Part shown: positions 63,332 to 64,000 of the stretch, piece by piece
Layout: each line of letters opens with the position of its first letter
Numbering within the stretch: position 1 is the first letter of the stretch
Source of the DNA: Octopus sinensis
Lineage: Eukaryota
Length of the DNA stretch: 64,000 bases
Direction: 5' to 3'
Assembly (NCBI RefSeq): GCF_006345805.1
Contig: NC_043011.1
Location: 29,710,464 to 29,774,463, forward strand
The notes under the pieces: generated by a model
What the model was told of the DNA's origin: nothing
Databases searched by the model: none
What the model saw: the letters and a program-made list of their open reading frames with translations, nothing else
Translations under genes and position numbers: made by a program

Positions 63332-63515
63332 ATATGTTTGTGTGTCTGCATTTGTCCCCCCAACATCACTTGACAACTGATGCTGGTGTGTTTTCGTCCC
63401 CGTCACTTAGTGGTTCGGCAAGAGAGACTGATAAGAATAAGCACTAGGCTTACAAAGAATAAGTCCTGGGGTCGAATAGCTTGTCTAACTGACTGAAACA
63501 AATAAAAGAATAAAA
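62683..63515 (+). mobile_element. Two SINE A copies (62683-63000, 63178-63515) in locally duplicated flanks
   Basis: Heads, cores and tails read directly; flanks tgaatagtgttgtccaag and taaaattccttca each occur twice. Confidence 0.8.
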
Positions 63516-64000
63516 AAACCTTGAATAGTGTTGTCCAAGAAAGGAACATAATACACATGCTAAAAGGGGTTTGGCTGGTCATTGGATGGAAGAATGCTTT
63601 TGATCATAGAACTGTTCTGTCAGTACTGACCTGTGGCTAAACAACATCTTCAGGATGGTGGGCTGGAAGAAACAACAGAGCAGTGAATAAAATGACCGGC
63701 AGAATTTAATTATTGTCATTTACGTTTTCAGTTGAAATTTTCCTAGGGATGATTTCAACTTTTTTTCTTATTCTCTTTAAGGTGGGAGGTGGGATGAAAT
63801 AAAGTTTATTAAAAATTCGATTACCTAAATGACATGGGTAGGATGCAATTTGCACAGATAATTAATCCAATCATAAATAAACAAAGTTGCACAAAACATA
63901 ATTCCTTCTTTTTGAAAAATAAGCTGGTTTACAGAGTTTTATGAGTTTTAAACCATTGTACTCTAGTGAAGCCTTTGTCTCTTTTACACTGCAATCCAAA

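Overview
AT-rich, repeat-dominated eukaryotic DNA; the SINE/LINE families and the TA, CATA and AAT microsatellites look like an Octopus (coleoid cephalopod) genome, which is an inference from remembered repeat sequences. No host protein-coding gene, rRNA, true tRNA gene or CRISPR-cas locus could be supported. Nearly all long ORFs in the track are microsatellite translations. The window holds dozens of tRNA-headed SINEs from at least four families, 5'-truncated RTE LINEs, three families of restriction-like-endonuclease (R4/Dong-type) non-LTR fragments, an internally deleted mariner, piggyBac-like MITEs and two non-autonomous Helitrons. The most interesting signals are: (1) a Penelope-like element with a GIY-YIG C-terminus whose 3' region places a tRNA-like Pol III cassette upstream of a minimal hammerhead ribozyme, plus further hammerhead-bearing short repeats sitting in (TA)n tracts, often as inverted pairs; (2) a (TAA)n-associated set of Dong-like LINEs with a ~540-bp non-coding partner element; (3) a four-unit hairpin-repeat/unique-spacer array; and (4) several fold-back structures. 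Most repeat boundaries are approximate because they were read by eye.
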